Assembly (NCBI RefSeq): GCF_036365525.1
Contig: NC_090398.1
Span: 23,800,936-23,864,935 of the forward strand
DNA: 64,000 nucleotides
Origin: Heterodontus francisci
Taxonomy: Eukaryota
Reading direction: 5' to 3'
The translations under genes were made by a program, and so were the position numbers. Each line of letters starts with the position of its first letter. The first letter of the stretch is position 1. Shown here in pieces: positions 1 to 12,300 of the stretch. A model generated the notes under the pieces. The model did no database searches, was not told the DNA's origin, and saw only the letters and a list, made by a program, of their open reading frames with translations.

Positions 1-273
1 GCTCAGCAAAATAGTAGTTGCATAAATAGAGAGTTAAAGGCTAGACAGTTGGGATTTTGACAATACAGTTGAAAGTAAATTCAGGGATATTTATTTCCAG
101 GGGTGGATACAGAATGAGGTAGAGTTGGGGTATGGAAGGGGACGTGGGTAAAGAATGATACAAGGAAGTGACCAGACATGTCCTTATCTGTGATGGATAC
201 AATGGGAGTGGCGAGGCCACATGATATTGCAAAGTCAAGGGGGTGGCTGTAAATACGAGTTGGGAACTTTACA

Positions 274-613
274 TTAAAGGCCGACTCAGGTCTGCAAAGG
301 AAACACGACCCGAGCCCGACAGAACCACATCCGAGCCAAGCCCGACCAGAATCCTTTCATTTTTTCCTGGGCCCAACCCGACCATCAGTTAACCTAACTT
401 CCGTTTTTCACTTTGTTGCTTGAAAAGAAAACTGTAACTAAACAAGTTTTCAAGTCCAAAAAGTACATTAACATTGCAGCCACATACCAGAGGTGGTGAT
501 AGTGTGCGTCCGACCCGGCCCCACCTGGAATGCCGGACCAGGAAGAGCGACCTGACCCAACCCGAACATGTTGTCGAGTCCAGTCAGGTTCGGGTCAGGT
601 GGCCTTGCTCTAG
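274..613. mobile_element. Degenerate hAT-type MITE related to 2844-3108
   Basis: Clustered ACCCGA/TCGGGT subterminal motifs and an internal cccga...tgtcgag palindrome as in the 2844 element; termini degraded. Confidence 0.5.
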
Positions 614-1189
614 TTTACATGGAGGGAGAAATGTAGGGAGGGTCAGAGAGCAGTGAACTGAGTAGAGAGAACATGATGAGAAATCACTGGAGGATGAGAA
701 GTCATTACGTGCAGAGGTCAAGGGAGGGAAGCAATGAAAATATTTCGGTGATAACATTTTTAATTGCACTTGGGAAAACAGTCGAGAATGAGGATTTTGA
801 ATGAGAGGTGAGGACCAGAGGGATAGAACAAGGTGAGATGCTGAAATAAGACAGCACAGTTGCAAAGGCCTGATTCAGCCTCAGTCACCAGGGAAATGGA
901 TGCAGTAGCTGGCAGAGACCAAAATGTGACGCTGGGACTGAAGACAATGGCAAACATTACCTTTCTACCTGCCCACGTGATGCTCATCCTGGAAAATCTC
1001 TCACTAACACAGGCCAAGGTTTTTCACAGGGTGGGGGCAAGGTGTCAGGGATCAGAGGAAGGTGACTAAGGGCCAGGTATTGATTGCAGTCTGGACAGCC
1101 TTACCCTGAACAGAACAGTCATTGCCTCAGGGAGGAAACAGACATCTCCTAATTTCAAAATCAATTTCCAATCTTATTACAAGAAGTTA

Positions 1190-1410
1190 AATAGTGCAGA
1201 TGCTGGTAATCCTTCACGAGAACTGAAAACACCGGAAACCTTTAGGCGGTCAGGCAGCGTCTGTGGGGAGTGGACAGTGGGGTTAACTGTTCAGGTCAAT
1301 GACCATTCCTGAGGACAGGGTCAGGATCAGAAACATGAACCCTACCTTCCTGTCGCCACAAACACTGTCTGATCCAGAGTGCTTTCCGCATTTTCTGCTT
1401 GTATTTCTAA
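1190..1410. mobile_element. Two old Penelope-type terminal fragments in inverted arrangement
   Basis: gcagatgctgg...gcagcgtctgtgg...gttaactgttcaggtc on one side; ctgagga...gaaac...cagagtgctttccgcattttctg on the other. Confidence 0.5.
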
Positions 1411-2079
1411 CAATATTACCCATGCCCAGTTCAGACAATATTCTGTGTTGTACTTGGTTTGGGCTCTATTTCATAATATACCAGGAAGCTGATCTTGGCT
1501 TTGTATCGGATATTGGTTTTGGAAGCACATTCCCCGCTTGCTTTGATCGCTGTTTGTTCAACTTCTGTATTGTGCATCTGTGACCCATGACACAGGAGGC
1601 AAACTCTCACCTGCTGTTTTAATGGCTTCCACCGTCCCTAGTACTAAAAATTGGGGATGCTGAAAGTGAATGCTTAACGCAGCTTCATTCCCTATGTGGC
1701 AATATATCACAGCTGCTGGTTAGAGGCCTTGTTGATCTTCGAGGTTTGTCGCTGCATCGTATAGACAGGAGGAATTAGTTTCTCAGTTCGATCTCCCATT
1801 TCATTTGTCACCAGATCAGCCATTTTAAAACTGAGAGCTGATGGAGTCGGACAGAGTTCAGCCCACCTAATAAAAACAGACATGTCCATTCTGCTGTGCT
1901 ATGCCCCAGAATATTATAACGTCTGAAATCAAATCCCTTTATGCAGAAATATATGCACGATTCACTTGCGACTGTGCATTTTGAGACGAAAACTGACCTC
2001 ACTTCACATTTCATTGCATGCCCTCATGCAGGATAACTGTGATCGGTGGTCAGAATCTCTCAATCCTGCGCTGATTCCT

Positions 2080-2760
2080 CTCCAACTAAGCAACTCGGAA
2101 ACTGCGCGCCATTCGGGGGCCGAGGCTGCGTACTGCCGCCATCAAGCCCGAGCTCGACGTCATGTCCCTCAGTGTGTTCGCTTCGATCATTGGTTGAGAG
2201 CAAGGGATTGACAGCCCCTCCGACCAATCGGGACAGGCCTGGCCTAAAGCCCCGCCTCCCGCCTTGAACACTCGCGCGAGGGCCGCCCCACCCCCCTCAC
2301 GCTTTCGATCACGTGGTTCGGCCGTTCAACCAACTCTCCGCGCGCCCCCAGCGCGCCTGCGTCAAAACTCACTGATCGCGCACAGTCTGCGCCTGAATTT
2401 CACTTCACGGCACTGCTCAGCATAAAGGATCACCGACCCGAACCGTTAACTGCTGCCCTATCCACAGATGCTGCCAGACCAGCTGAGTATTCCCGATATT
2501 TTCTGTTTCTTGCTTGACTCAAAAGAATCACCGGCAGAGCCACCACACTCGAACAAAGTATGGCTTCCTTCGAACCCTGGCTTACGGCGCAAGCGCAGTA
2601 CTACTCGCTGGCCCTCACGACCCCTGCGCAAGCGCAGTACGGCTCCCTGGCCTTCTTTCCAGCGCAGGCGTACTGCAGTTTGCTGCCGCTTTTGACCTGC
2701 GGAGCGGGCCGTGAGCAGCGTAATAAAGAGTCTGGTCGCCTGGGTTACAGGGGCGGGGCT
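2080..2760. promoter_or_regulatory. CpG island / probable promoter
   Basis: Dense CpG in a CpG-poor background; CCAAT (attgg ~2189, ccaat ~2224), GC box ccccgcc ~2250, E-box cacgtg ~2310, IRF-like tttcacttc ~2398, three NRF1-like gcgca(a/g)gcg motifs 2587-2671. Confidence 0.7.
2420..2512 (+). mobile_element. Penelope-type terminal fragment inside the CpG island
   Basis: gacccgaaccgttaact...ccacagatgctgccagaccagctgagt matches the reverse complement of the 22756-22890 terminus. Confidence 0.6.
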
Positions 2761-2843
2761 CTGTTACTCAATCACAGAATTGTTACAATGCAGAAGGAGG
2801 TCATTCGGCCCATCGTGTCTATACAGGCTCCCCCAATGAGCAA

Positions 2844-3108
2844 TAAAGCCTGGCTACCCGACCCGAACCTGACCAAACCCGACTACACGTGTCGAGCTGG
2901 GTTCGGGTCTGTATTCCCTGTCCAGCATTCGGGCTGGGACCAGGCTGAACTGTACTGTTTTGTTTTCCATTGTTTTTGTTTTAGCCTGTGATCTTTTTCT
3001 GTTTCAGAAATATGTCTGTTATTTTTGGGTCGGGTTGGGCATTTAAAAAAAAATTAAAGGACTCGGGGCCCGGGTCGGGTTTTAATTTTCTACCTGAGCC
3101 AGGCTTTA
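2844..3108. mobile_element. hAT-superfamily MITE (265 bp)
   Basis: Perfect 12-bp TIRs TAAAGCCTGGCT (2844-2855) / AGCCAGGCTTTA (3097-3108); 8-bp TSD atgagcaa/atgagcca; subterminal ACCCGA repeats. Confidence 0.85.
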
Positions 3109-4906
3109 ATGAGCCATTCCTGGACCATTTCCCCGCCTTTTCACCGTAACACTGCGCATTCTTCCTTCTGATAAAAAAGGTCTAATTCCCTTTAGAATGC
3201 TTCAATTGAACCTGCCTCCATCATACTGTCAGGCAGCGCATTCCAGACCTTAACCACTTGCTGTGTGAAAACTTTTTCCTCATGTCACTTTCGCGTCTCT
3301 CACCATTACTTTAAATATGTGCCCTTACGTTCCCACTTGTGAAAGGGAGAAACTGCTCTAGATCCTATCAAGTCTGCCCAGACCCCTCATGATTTTGAAA
3401 ACCTTTATCAAATCACTGTTCAGCCTTCTCTTTTCCAAGGAAAACAGTCCTAACTTCTCCAATTTATCTTAATAACTGAATGTTCCTCATCCCCAGAACC
3501 ATTCTCATGAATCTTTTCTGTACTCTCTCCAAAGCCCTTACATCTTTCCTAAAGTGAGGCGCCCAGATCTGGATGTAATATTCCAGCTGAGGCCGAACTA
3601 GTTTCTTGTATAAGTTCAGCATAATTTCTGTGCCTCTATTAATGAAGGCCAGGATACTGTATGCTTTATGAACTGCTCTCTCAACCTGTCCTGCCACTTT
3701 TCAATGATTTATGCACATATGCACCCAGGTCCTTCCATTCCTGCACCTCCTTTATTTTATATTGTCTCTCCATGTTCTTCCTACCAAAATATACCACTTC
3801 ACATTTCTCTGCATTGAACCTCATCTGCTACCTATCCGCCCATTTCACCAACTTGTCTATGTCCTTTTAAAGTTCTACACTATCCTCCTCACAGTTTACA
3901 ATGCTTCCAAGTTTCGTAACATCCACAAACTTTGAAATTGTGACCTGTACACCAAGGTCTGGGTCATCAATATATACCAGGAAAAGCAAGGGTCCCAACA
4001 TAGAGCCCTGCAGAACTCCACTACAAGCCTTCCTCCAACCCAAAAAACATCCATAAACCACTACTCTGTGTTTCCTGTCAATCAGCCAATTCCGTATCCA
4101 TGTTGCTACTGTCCCTTTTGTTCCATGAGCTATAACAAATCTGTTGTGTGGCACTGTCTCAAATGCCTTTGAAAATCCACTACATCAACTGCATTGCGCT
4201 CATCAACCTTCCCTGTTACCTCCTCAGAAAACTCCAGCAAGTCAGTTAAACATGATTTTCCCTGAAGAAATCCATGCTGGCTTTCTTTACTTAATCTACA
4301 TTTGTCCATGTGACTGTTAATTTTGTCCCGAATAATTCTTTCTAGAAGTTTCCTCACCACTGAAGTTAAACTGACTGGCCTGTAGATGCGGGGCTTATCT
4401 TTACACCCTTTTTTGAACAATTTGCAATTCTCTAGTCCTCTGGCACCACCCCCAATTCGAAGGAAGACTGAAAAATTAAGGCCACCCTTACATCCCTCAG
4501 TATCCTTGGACGCATCTCATCCATTCCTGGTGCTTTATTGACTTTAAGTACAGACAGCCAATCTAATAATTCCTCCTTATCAATTTTAAACCATTCTAGT
4601 GTTTGAATTACCTCCTCTCACTGCATCGCCTGGGTTGCATCTTCTTCCTTGGTAAAGACAGATGCAAAGCATTCACTTAATACCTCAGTTATGCCCTCTG
4701 CCTCCATGTGTAAATCCCCTTTATGGTCCCGAATCTGCTCAGCTCCTTTTACCACCCTTTTACTATTTATATGCCAACAGAAAACCTTGGGATTCCCTTT
4801 AATGTTAGCTGCCAGTCTCTTTTTATGCTCTCTCTTTGTTTCTCGTATTTGCTTTTTCACCCCCTCTGGACCTTCTATATTCAGCCAGGTTCCCAATAGT
4901 ATTTTC

Positions 4907-6748
4907 AGGATTAAGGAAAATCCCAAGGCTTTTTAAACATATATAAAGAGCAAGAGGGTAATTAGGGAAAGGGTTGGCCCACTCAAGGACGGAGGAGGAA
5001 ATCTATGTGTGAAGCCAGAGGAAATGGGTGAGGTACTAAATGAGTACTTTGCATCAGTATTCACCAAAGAGAAGGACTTGGTGGATGAGCTTCGGGAAGG
5101 GAGTGTAGACAGTCTCAGTCATCTCATTATCAAAAAGGAGGAGATGTCGGGTGTCTTGCAAAGCATTAAGGTAGATATGTCCCCAGGGCCTGATGGGATT
5201 AACCCCAGCATACTGAGGGAGGCAAGGGAAGAAATTGCTGGGGCCTTGACAGAAATCTTTGGATCCTCATTGGCTACGGGTGAGGTCCCAGAGGACCGGA
5301 GAATAGCCAATGTTGTTCCTTTGTTTAAGAAGGGTAGCAAGGATAATCCAAGAAAGTATAGGCCGGTGAGCCTTACGTCAGTGGCAGGGAAATTATTAGA
5401 GAGGATTCTTCGGGACAGGATTTACTCCCATTTGGAAACAAATGGACTTATTAGCGCGAGGCAGCATGGTTTTGTGAAGGGGAGGTCGTGTCTCACTAAC
5501 TTGATTGAGTTTTTCGAGAAAGTGACAAAGATGATTGATGAGGGAAGGGCAGTGGATGTTATTTATATGGACTTCAGTAAAGCCTTTGACAAGGTCCCTC
5601 ATGGCAGACTGATACAAAAGGTGAAGTCACATGGGATCAGAGGGGAGCTGGCAAGATGGATACAGAACTGGCTCGGTCATAGAAGACAGAGGGTAGCAGT
5701 GGAAGGGTGCTTTTCTGAATGGAGGGATGTGACTAGTGGTGTTCCACAGGGATCAGTGCTGGGACCTTTGCTCTTTGTAGTATATATAAATGATTTGGAG
5801 GAAAATGTAGCTGGTCTGATTAGTAAGTTTGCGGACAACACAAAGGTTGGTGGAGTTGCGGATAGCGATGAGGATTGTCAGAGGATACAGCAGGATATAG
5901 ATCGGTTGTAGACTTGGGCGGAGAAATGGCAGATGGAGTTTAATCCGGACAAATGTGAGCTAATGCATTTTGGAAGTTGTAATGCAGGTGGGAAGTATAC
6001 AGTAAATGGCAGAACCCTCAGGAGTATTGACAGGCAGAGAGATCTGGGCGTACAGGTCCACAAGTCATTGAAAGTGGAAATGCAGGTGGATAAGGTAGTC
6101 AAGAAGGCATACGGCATGCTTGCCTTCATCGGTCGGGGCATAGAGTATAAAAATTGGCAAGTCATGCTGCAGCTGTACAGAACTTTAGTTAGGCCACACT
6201 TAGATAATTGCGTGCAATTCTGGTCGCCACACTAACCAGAATGACGTGGAGGCTTTGGAGAGAGTACAGAAGAGGTTGACCAGGATGTTGCCTGGTTTGG
6301 AGGGCATTAGCTATGAGGAGAGGTTGGATAAACTCTGATTGTTTTCACTGGAACGACGGAGGCAGAGGGGCGACATGATAGAGGTTTACAATGTTATGAG
6401 CGGCATGGGCGGAGTGGATAGTCAGAAGCTTTTTCCCAGGGTGGAAGAGTCAGTTACTAGGGGACATAGGTTTAAGGTGAGAGGGGCAAAGTTTAGAGGG
6501 AATGTGCGAGGCAAGTCCTTTACACAGAGGGTGGTGAGTGCCTGGAACTTACTGCCGGGGGAGGTGGTGGAAGCAGATACGATAGTGACGTTTAAGAGGC
6601 ATCTTGACAAATACATGAATAGGATGGGAAGAGAGGGATACGGTCCCCGGAAGTGCAGAAGGTTTTAGTTTAGGCAGTCATCAAGATCGGCGCAGGCTTG
6701 GAGGGCCGAATGGCCTGTTCGTGTGCTGTATTGTACTGTTCTTTGTTC
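4907..6748 (+). mobile_element. Younger 5'-truncated CR1 LINE nested in opposite orientation
   Basis: RT motifs YMDFSKAFDKV, GVPQGSVLGP, KFAD; few stops; 3' tail ...gaatggcctgttc...tgttctttgttc. Confidence 0.95.
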
Positions 6749-7351
6749 TGCCTGGCATCTGTCATAAGAACACCTTTTCTTTATCAGAATGTCTACTTCT
6801 TCTGTTATGCAAGGAGCTCCGGATTTATTTTCCCGACCTTCCCCCTTCAAGAGAACATACATTGACTCTGCCTGAACTATCTCTTCTTTGAAGTTAGCCC
6901 ATTGTTCAGATACTGTTTTTCCTGCCAACATTTGACTCCAATTTATTAGCGCCCACTCCCTTCTTTCCCCGATGAAATTGGCTTTCCACCAATAAATTAT
7001 TCTTTTTCTATTAGAAGAAGAGTGGACTGGGCTGTATTCAGGACATGGCTCTAACAGTGCGGCTGATCAGCTCCAATATCATACATACAGCAGGGAGGGA
7101 ATTTACAGTGTAAGAACGATGGTCCAGGGGAGAAACTCCAGGAAATGCCTTGAATGGGGTCAGAAGACAGGGGATGGTCCCATGATTAAATTTGGGTGGG
7201 TTAACCTGCATTAAGAGAAAAAACTGCTACATTTCAATCAACCCAAGTGAAAATGCGGAAGTCTTGGGCAGATGGACTTGCGCTGTGCAGGAAAAACTCC
7301 AGACTAAGTGCACAGCCACTTGAGCTGAGTGTTCGGTGAGATGGGAGAGTG

Positions 7352-10348
7352 TCATCAGACAGTGTGTAACTAAGGGAGGATGGACGCAGGGAGATCAGAC
7401 AGTGTGTAACACGGGGAGGATGGACCCAGTCAGATCAGACAGTGTGTAACCCGGGGAGTATGGACCCAGCGAGATCAGACAGTGTGTAACCCGGGGAGGA
7501 TGGACCCAGTGAGATCAGACAGTGTGTAACCCGGGGAGGATGGAACCAATGTGATCAGACAGTGTGTAACCCGGGGAGGATGGACCCAGTGTGATCAGAC
7601 AGTGTGTAACCCGGGGAGGATGGACCCAGTGTGATCAGACAGTGTGTAACCCGGGCAGGATGGACTCAGTGAGATCAGACAGTGTGTAATCCGGGGAGGA
7701 TGGATCCAGTGAGATCAGACAGTGTGTAACCCGGGGAGGATGTACCCAGTGTGATCAGTGTGTAACCCGGGGAAAATGGACGCAGTGAGATCAGACAGTG
7801 TGCAACCTGGGGAGGATGGACCCAGTGTGATCAGACAGTGTGTAACCTGGGGAGGATGGACCCAGTGTGATCAGACAGTGTGTAACCCGGGGAGGATGGA
7901 CCCAGTGAGATCAGACAGTGTGTAACCCAGGGAGGATGGACGCAGTGAGATCAGTGTGTAACCTGGGGAGGATGGACCCAGTGAGATCAGACAGTGTGTA
8001 ACCCGGGGAGGATGGACCCAGTGAAATCAGACAGTGTGTAACCCGGGGAGGATGGACGCAGTGAGATCAGTGTGTAACCTGGGGAGGATGGACCCAGTGT
8101 GATCAGACAGTGTGTAACCCGGGGAGGATGGACGCAGTGAGATCAGACAGTGTGTAACCTGGGGAGGATGGACCCAGTGAGATCAGACAGTGTGTAACCT
8201 GGGGAGGATGGACCCAGTGAGATCAGACAGTGTGTAACCCGGGGAGGATGGACCCAGTGAGATCAGACAGTGTGTAACCCGGGGAGGATGGACGCAGTGA
8301 GATCAGTGTGTAACCTGGGGAGGATGGACCCAGTGAGATCAGACAGTGTGGAACCCGGGGAGGATGGACCCAGTGAGATCAGACAGTGTGTAACCCGGGG
8401 AGGATGGACGCAGTGAGATTAGTGTGTAACCTGGGGAGGATGGACCCAGTGTGATCAGACAGTGTGTAACCCGGGGAGGATGGACGCAGTGAGATCAGAC
8501 AGTGTGTAACCTGGGGAGGATGGACCCAGTGAGATCAGACAGTGTGTAACCCGGGGAGGATGGACCCAGTGTGATCAGACAGTGTGTAACCCGGGGAGGA
8601 TGGACGCAGTGCGATCAGACGGTGTGTAACCCGGGGAGGATGGACCCAGTGAGATCAGACAGTGTGTAACCCGGGGAGGATGGACCCAGTGAGATCAGAC
8701 AGTGTGGAACCCGGGGAGGATGGACCCAGTGAGATCAGACAGTGTGTAACCCGGGGAGGATGGACGCAGTGAGATCAGTGTGTAACCTGGGGAGGATGGA
8801 CCCAGTGTGATCAGACAGTGTGTAACCCGGGGAGGATGGACGCAGTGAGGTCAGACAGTGTGTAACCTGGGGAGGATGGACCCAGTGAGATCAGACAGTG
8901 TGGAACCCGGGGAGGATGGACCCAGTGAGATCAGACTGTGTGTAACCCGGGGAGGATGGACCCAGTGTGATCAGACAGTGTGTAACCCGGGGAGGATGGA
9001 CACAGTGAGATCAGACAGTGTGTAACCTGGGGAGGATGGACCCAGTGAGATCAGACAGTGTGTAACCTGGGGAGGATGGACCTAGTGTGATCAGACAGTG
9101 TGTAACCCGGGGAGGATGGACCCAGTGAGATCAGACAGTGTGTAACCCGGGGAGGATGGACCCAGTGAGATCAGACAGTGTGTAACCCGGGGAGGATGGA
9201 CCCAGTGAGATCAGACAGTGTGTAACCTGGGGAGGATGGACCCAGTGAGATCAGACAGTGTGTAACCCGGGGAGGATGGACCCAGTGAGATCAGACAGTG
9301 TGTAACCCGGGGAGGATGGACGCAGTGAGATCAGTGTGTAACCTGGGGAGGATGGACCCAGTGAGATCAGACAGTGTGTAACCCGGGGAGGATGGACCCA
9401 GTGTGATCAGACAGTGTGTAACCTGGGGAGGATGGACCCAGTGAGATCAGACAGTGTGTAACCCGGGGAGGATGGACCCAGTGTGATCAGACAGTGTGTA
9501 ACCCGGGGAGGATGGACCCAGTGTGATCAGACAGTGTGTAACCCGGGGAGGATGGACCCAGTGAGATCAGACAGTGTGTAACCCGGGGAGGATGGACCCA
9601 GTGTGATCAGACAGTGTGTAACCCGGGGAGGATGGACCCAGTGAGATCAGACAGTGTGTAACCCGGGGAGGATGGACGCAGTGAGATCAGTGTGTAACCT
9701 GGGGAGGATGGACCCAGTGAGATCAGACAGTGTGTAACCCGGGGAGGATGGACGCAGTGAGATCAGACAGTGTGTAACCTGGGGAGGATGGACCCAGTGT
9801 GATCAGACAGTGTGTAACCTGGAGAGGATGGACTCAGTGAGATCAGACAGTGTGTAACCCGGGGAGGATGGACCCAGTGTGATCAGACAGTGTGTAACCC
9901 GGGGAGGATGGACCCAGTGAGATCAGACAGTGTGTAACCCGGGGAGGATGGACGCAGTGAGATCAGACAGTGTGTAACCCAGGGAGGATGGACGCAGTGA
10001 GATCAGACCGTGTGTAACCCGGGGAGGATGGACCCAGTGAGATCAGACAGTGTGTAACCCGTGGAGGATGGACCCAGTGAGATCAGACAGTGTGTAACCT
10101 GGGGAGGATGGACCCAGTGAGATCAGACAGTGTGTAACCCGGGGAGGATGGACCCAGTGAGATCAGACAGTGTGTAACCCGGGGAGGATGGACGCAGTGA
10201 GATCAGTGTGTAACCTGGGGAGGATGGACCCAGTGAGATCAGACAGTGTGTAACCCGGGGAGGATGGACACAGTGTGATCAGATAGTGTGTAACCCGGGG
10301 AGGTTGGACCCAGTGAGATCAGACAATGTGTAACCCGGGGAGGATGGT
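7352..10348. repeat. Minisatellite, 40-bp unit (cccggggaggatggacccagtgagatcagacagtgtgtaa), about 75 copies, with 36-bp variants
   Basis: Directly visible tandem array. Confidence 0.98.
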
Positions 10349-10532
10349 TACCAGTTTCCTTAAGAACTCTGGAGACATGTCGGAGCCCGACATGGTGGGA
10401 CCAGGGATCTAGTGTAGGTGTCAAAATCAAACTTAAATACCCAGTCCTAAACTTCTCACTTTTTTCAGTAGTAAGAATGTGTCCATTACAGTTTACATTC
10501 GGGAATCAATATTCTCCTCTTCTGCCCTGCAG

Positions 10533-10848
10533 GTCGTGTGGTGGGAAAAAGGCATTGAAGTGGATGATCAGCCATGATCGTATTGAATTGCGGAGCAGGC
10601 GCAATGAGCTGAATGGCCGATCCCTGCTCCTATGACAGAATGATGAGAACGGTCACAGCTGGAAGTAAACAGGGATTGTAGACTGAGGAACAACAGCAGG
10701 TGAACCAGCACAGGAATGTGAAGCACCAGCCAGAGATAACCCTTCCCATTCAAAGAGCTTCCATAGATCGACTGGGGAGAAAGGAAAGAGAAAGTCCCAT
10801 TTACTCTGAGAAACACTGGTCCTGTAGACAGTACACAAAGCTAATGAG
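10533..10848 (+). other. Candidate non-coding (5'UTR) exon; paralogous copy at ~18563-18792
   Basis: Strong acceptor cttctgccctgcag| and donor GAG|gtgagg; no long ORF; includes a CR1 3' tail fragment (~10545-10633). Confidence 0.4.
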
Positions 10849-11191
10849 GTGAGGCAGGAAATGGTGAGAATGAGACTGGGAGAGTCTGACTACTGAAAAC
10901 AGTTATCCAGTATGAGGCCGTGCAATGGAATGTGAAGGAAGATCAGTTTCTGTCGCAACACAGAAAATCACAAGTCACTCTTGCATTCATTTTAGAGTGA
11001 AGGGATTTGTTCTCTGAGATATCCCGGCCCTCCCCCAAAACTAACACAGAAGGTATCGACTTTTATTGTCCCTATACAATTTTTGTTATAGTGCCTGTTG
11101 AAGTAGTACTGGACAATGGTACAAAATCCAGATTTATTTGGTTTCTAACTGTCAAAATAAGTGGTTTTATATTTCTGAACTGGATGCTGGG

Positions 11192-11945
11192 TCTCTTTGG
11201 CCTCCTTATCTCGAGAGACAATGGGTAAGCGCCTGGAGGTGGTCAGTGGTTTGTGAAGCAGCGCCTGGAGTGGCTATAAAGGCCAATTCTAGAGTGACAG
11301 ACTCTTCCACAGGTGCTGCAGAAAAATTTGTTTGTCAGGGCTGTTACACAGTTGGCTCTCTCCTTGCGCTTCTGTCTTTTTTCCTGCCAACTGCTAAGTC
11401 TCTTCGACTCACCACACTTTAGCCCCGCCTTTATGGCTGCCCGCCAGTTGTGGCGAACGCTGGCAACTGACTCCCACGACTTGTGATCAGTGTCACAGGA
11501 CTTCATGTCGCGTTTGCAGACGTCTTTAAAGCGGAGACATGGACGACCGGTGGGTCTGATACCAGTGGCGAGCTCGCTGTACAGTGTGTCTTTGGGGATC
11601 CTGCCATCTTCCATGCGGCTCACATGGCCAAGCCATCTCAAGCGCCGCTGACTCAGTAGTGTGTACAAGCTGGGGATGTTGGCCGCCTCGAGGACTTCTG
11701 TGTTGGAGATACGGTCCTGCCACCTGATGCCAAGGATTCTCCGGAGGCAGCGAAGATGGAATGAATTGAGACGTCGCTCTTGGCTGACATACGTTGTCCA
11801 GGCCTCGCTGCCATCGAGCAAGGTACTGAGGACACAGGCTTGATACACTCGGACTTTTGTGTTCCGTGTCAGTGCGCCATTTTCTCACACTCTCTTGGCC
11901 AGTTTGGACATCGCAGTGGAAGCCTTTCCCATGCGCTTGTTATCT
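11192..11945 (-). mobile_element. 5'-truncated RTE-clade LINE
   Basis: ORF 11243-11848 (YQACVLSTLL, RRLRWLGHV, C-terminal CSTCGRxCHSRIGLYSH); near-identical to the 3' part of 40750-42225. Confidence 0.93.
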
Positions 11946-11961
11946 ATTTATGGATTTCACA

Positions 11962-12300
11962 ATTTTTAAAAATTCATTCATGGGATGTTGGCGTTGCGGG
12001 CCAGGCTGTCATTTATTGCCCATCCCTAATTGCCCTTGAGAAGGCGGTGGTGAGCTGCCTTCTTGAACCGCTGCAGTCCATGTGAGGTAGGTACACCCAC
12101 AGTGCTGTTCGGAAGGGAGTTCCAGGATTTTGACCCAGTGACAGTGAAAGAATGGTGATATAGTTCCAAGTCAGGGTGGTGTGTGGCTTGGAGGGGAACT
12201 TGCAGGTGGTGGTGTTCCCATGTATTTGCTGCCCTTGTCCTTCTCGGTGGTAGAGGTCGCGGGTTTGGAAGGTGCTGTCGAAGGATTCTTGGCGAGTTGC
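11962..12300 (-). mobile_element. 3' end of a CR1/L2-group LINE (family B in this window)
   Basis: ttttaaaaattcattcatgggatg...ttgcccttgagaaggcggtggtgagctgcc, shared with the 25738 and 30385 copies. Confidence 0.85.

Larger units (their letters stand above)
2771..7010 (-). mobile_element. Decayed CR1 LINE (ORF2 RT and 3' end), interrupted by the MITE and by a younger CR1
   Basis: Minus-strand ORF fragments YRPVSLTSVV..., PQLEYYIQIWAP, FASVFTKE; host sequence resumes at ~6749. Confidence 0.9.

Noticed and set aside
2560-2991. 143-aa ORF as a gene
   Set aside because: Runs from GC-rich promoter repeats through a CR1 tail into a MITE; chimeric, no recognisable domain.
5009-6668. Reverse-transcriptase ORFs as a retron/DGR-type or domesticated system
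   Set aside because: Standard CR1 ORF2 fragments with stops, 5' truncation and typical tails; multiple dispersed copies in the window.
7352-10348. CRISPR-like regular repeat
   Set aside because: Units are contiguous with no unique spacers, there are no cas genes, and the context is vertebrate; it is a minisatellite.
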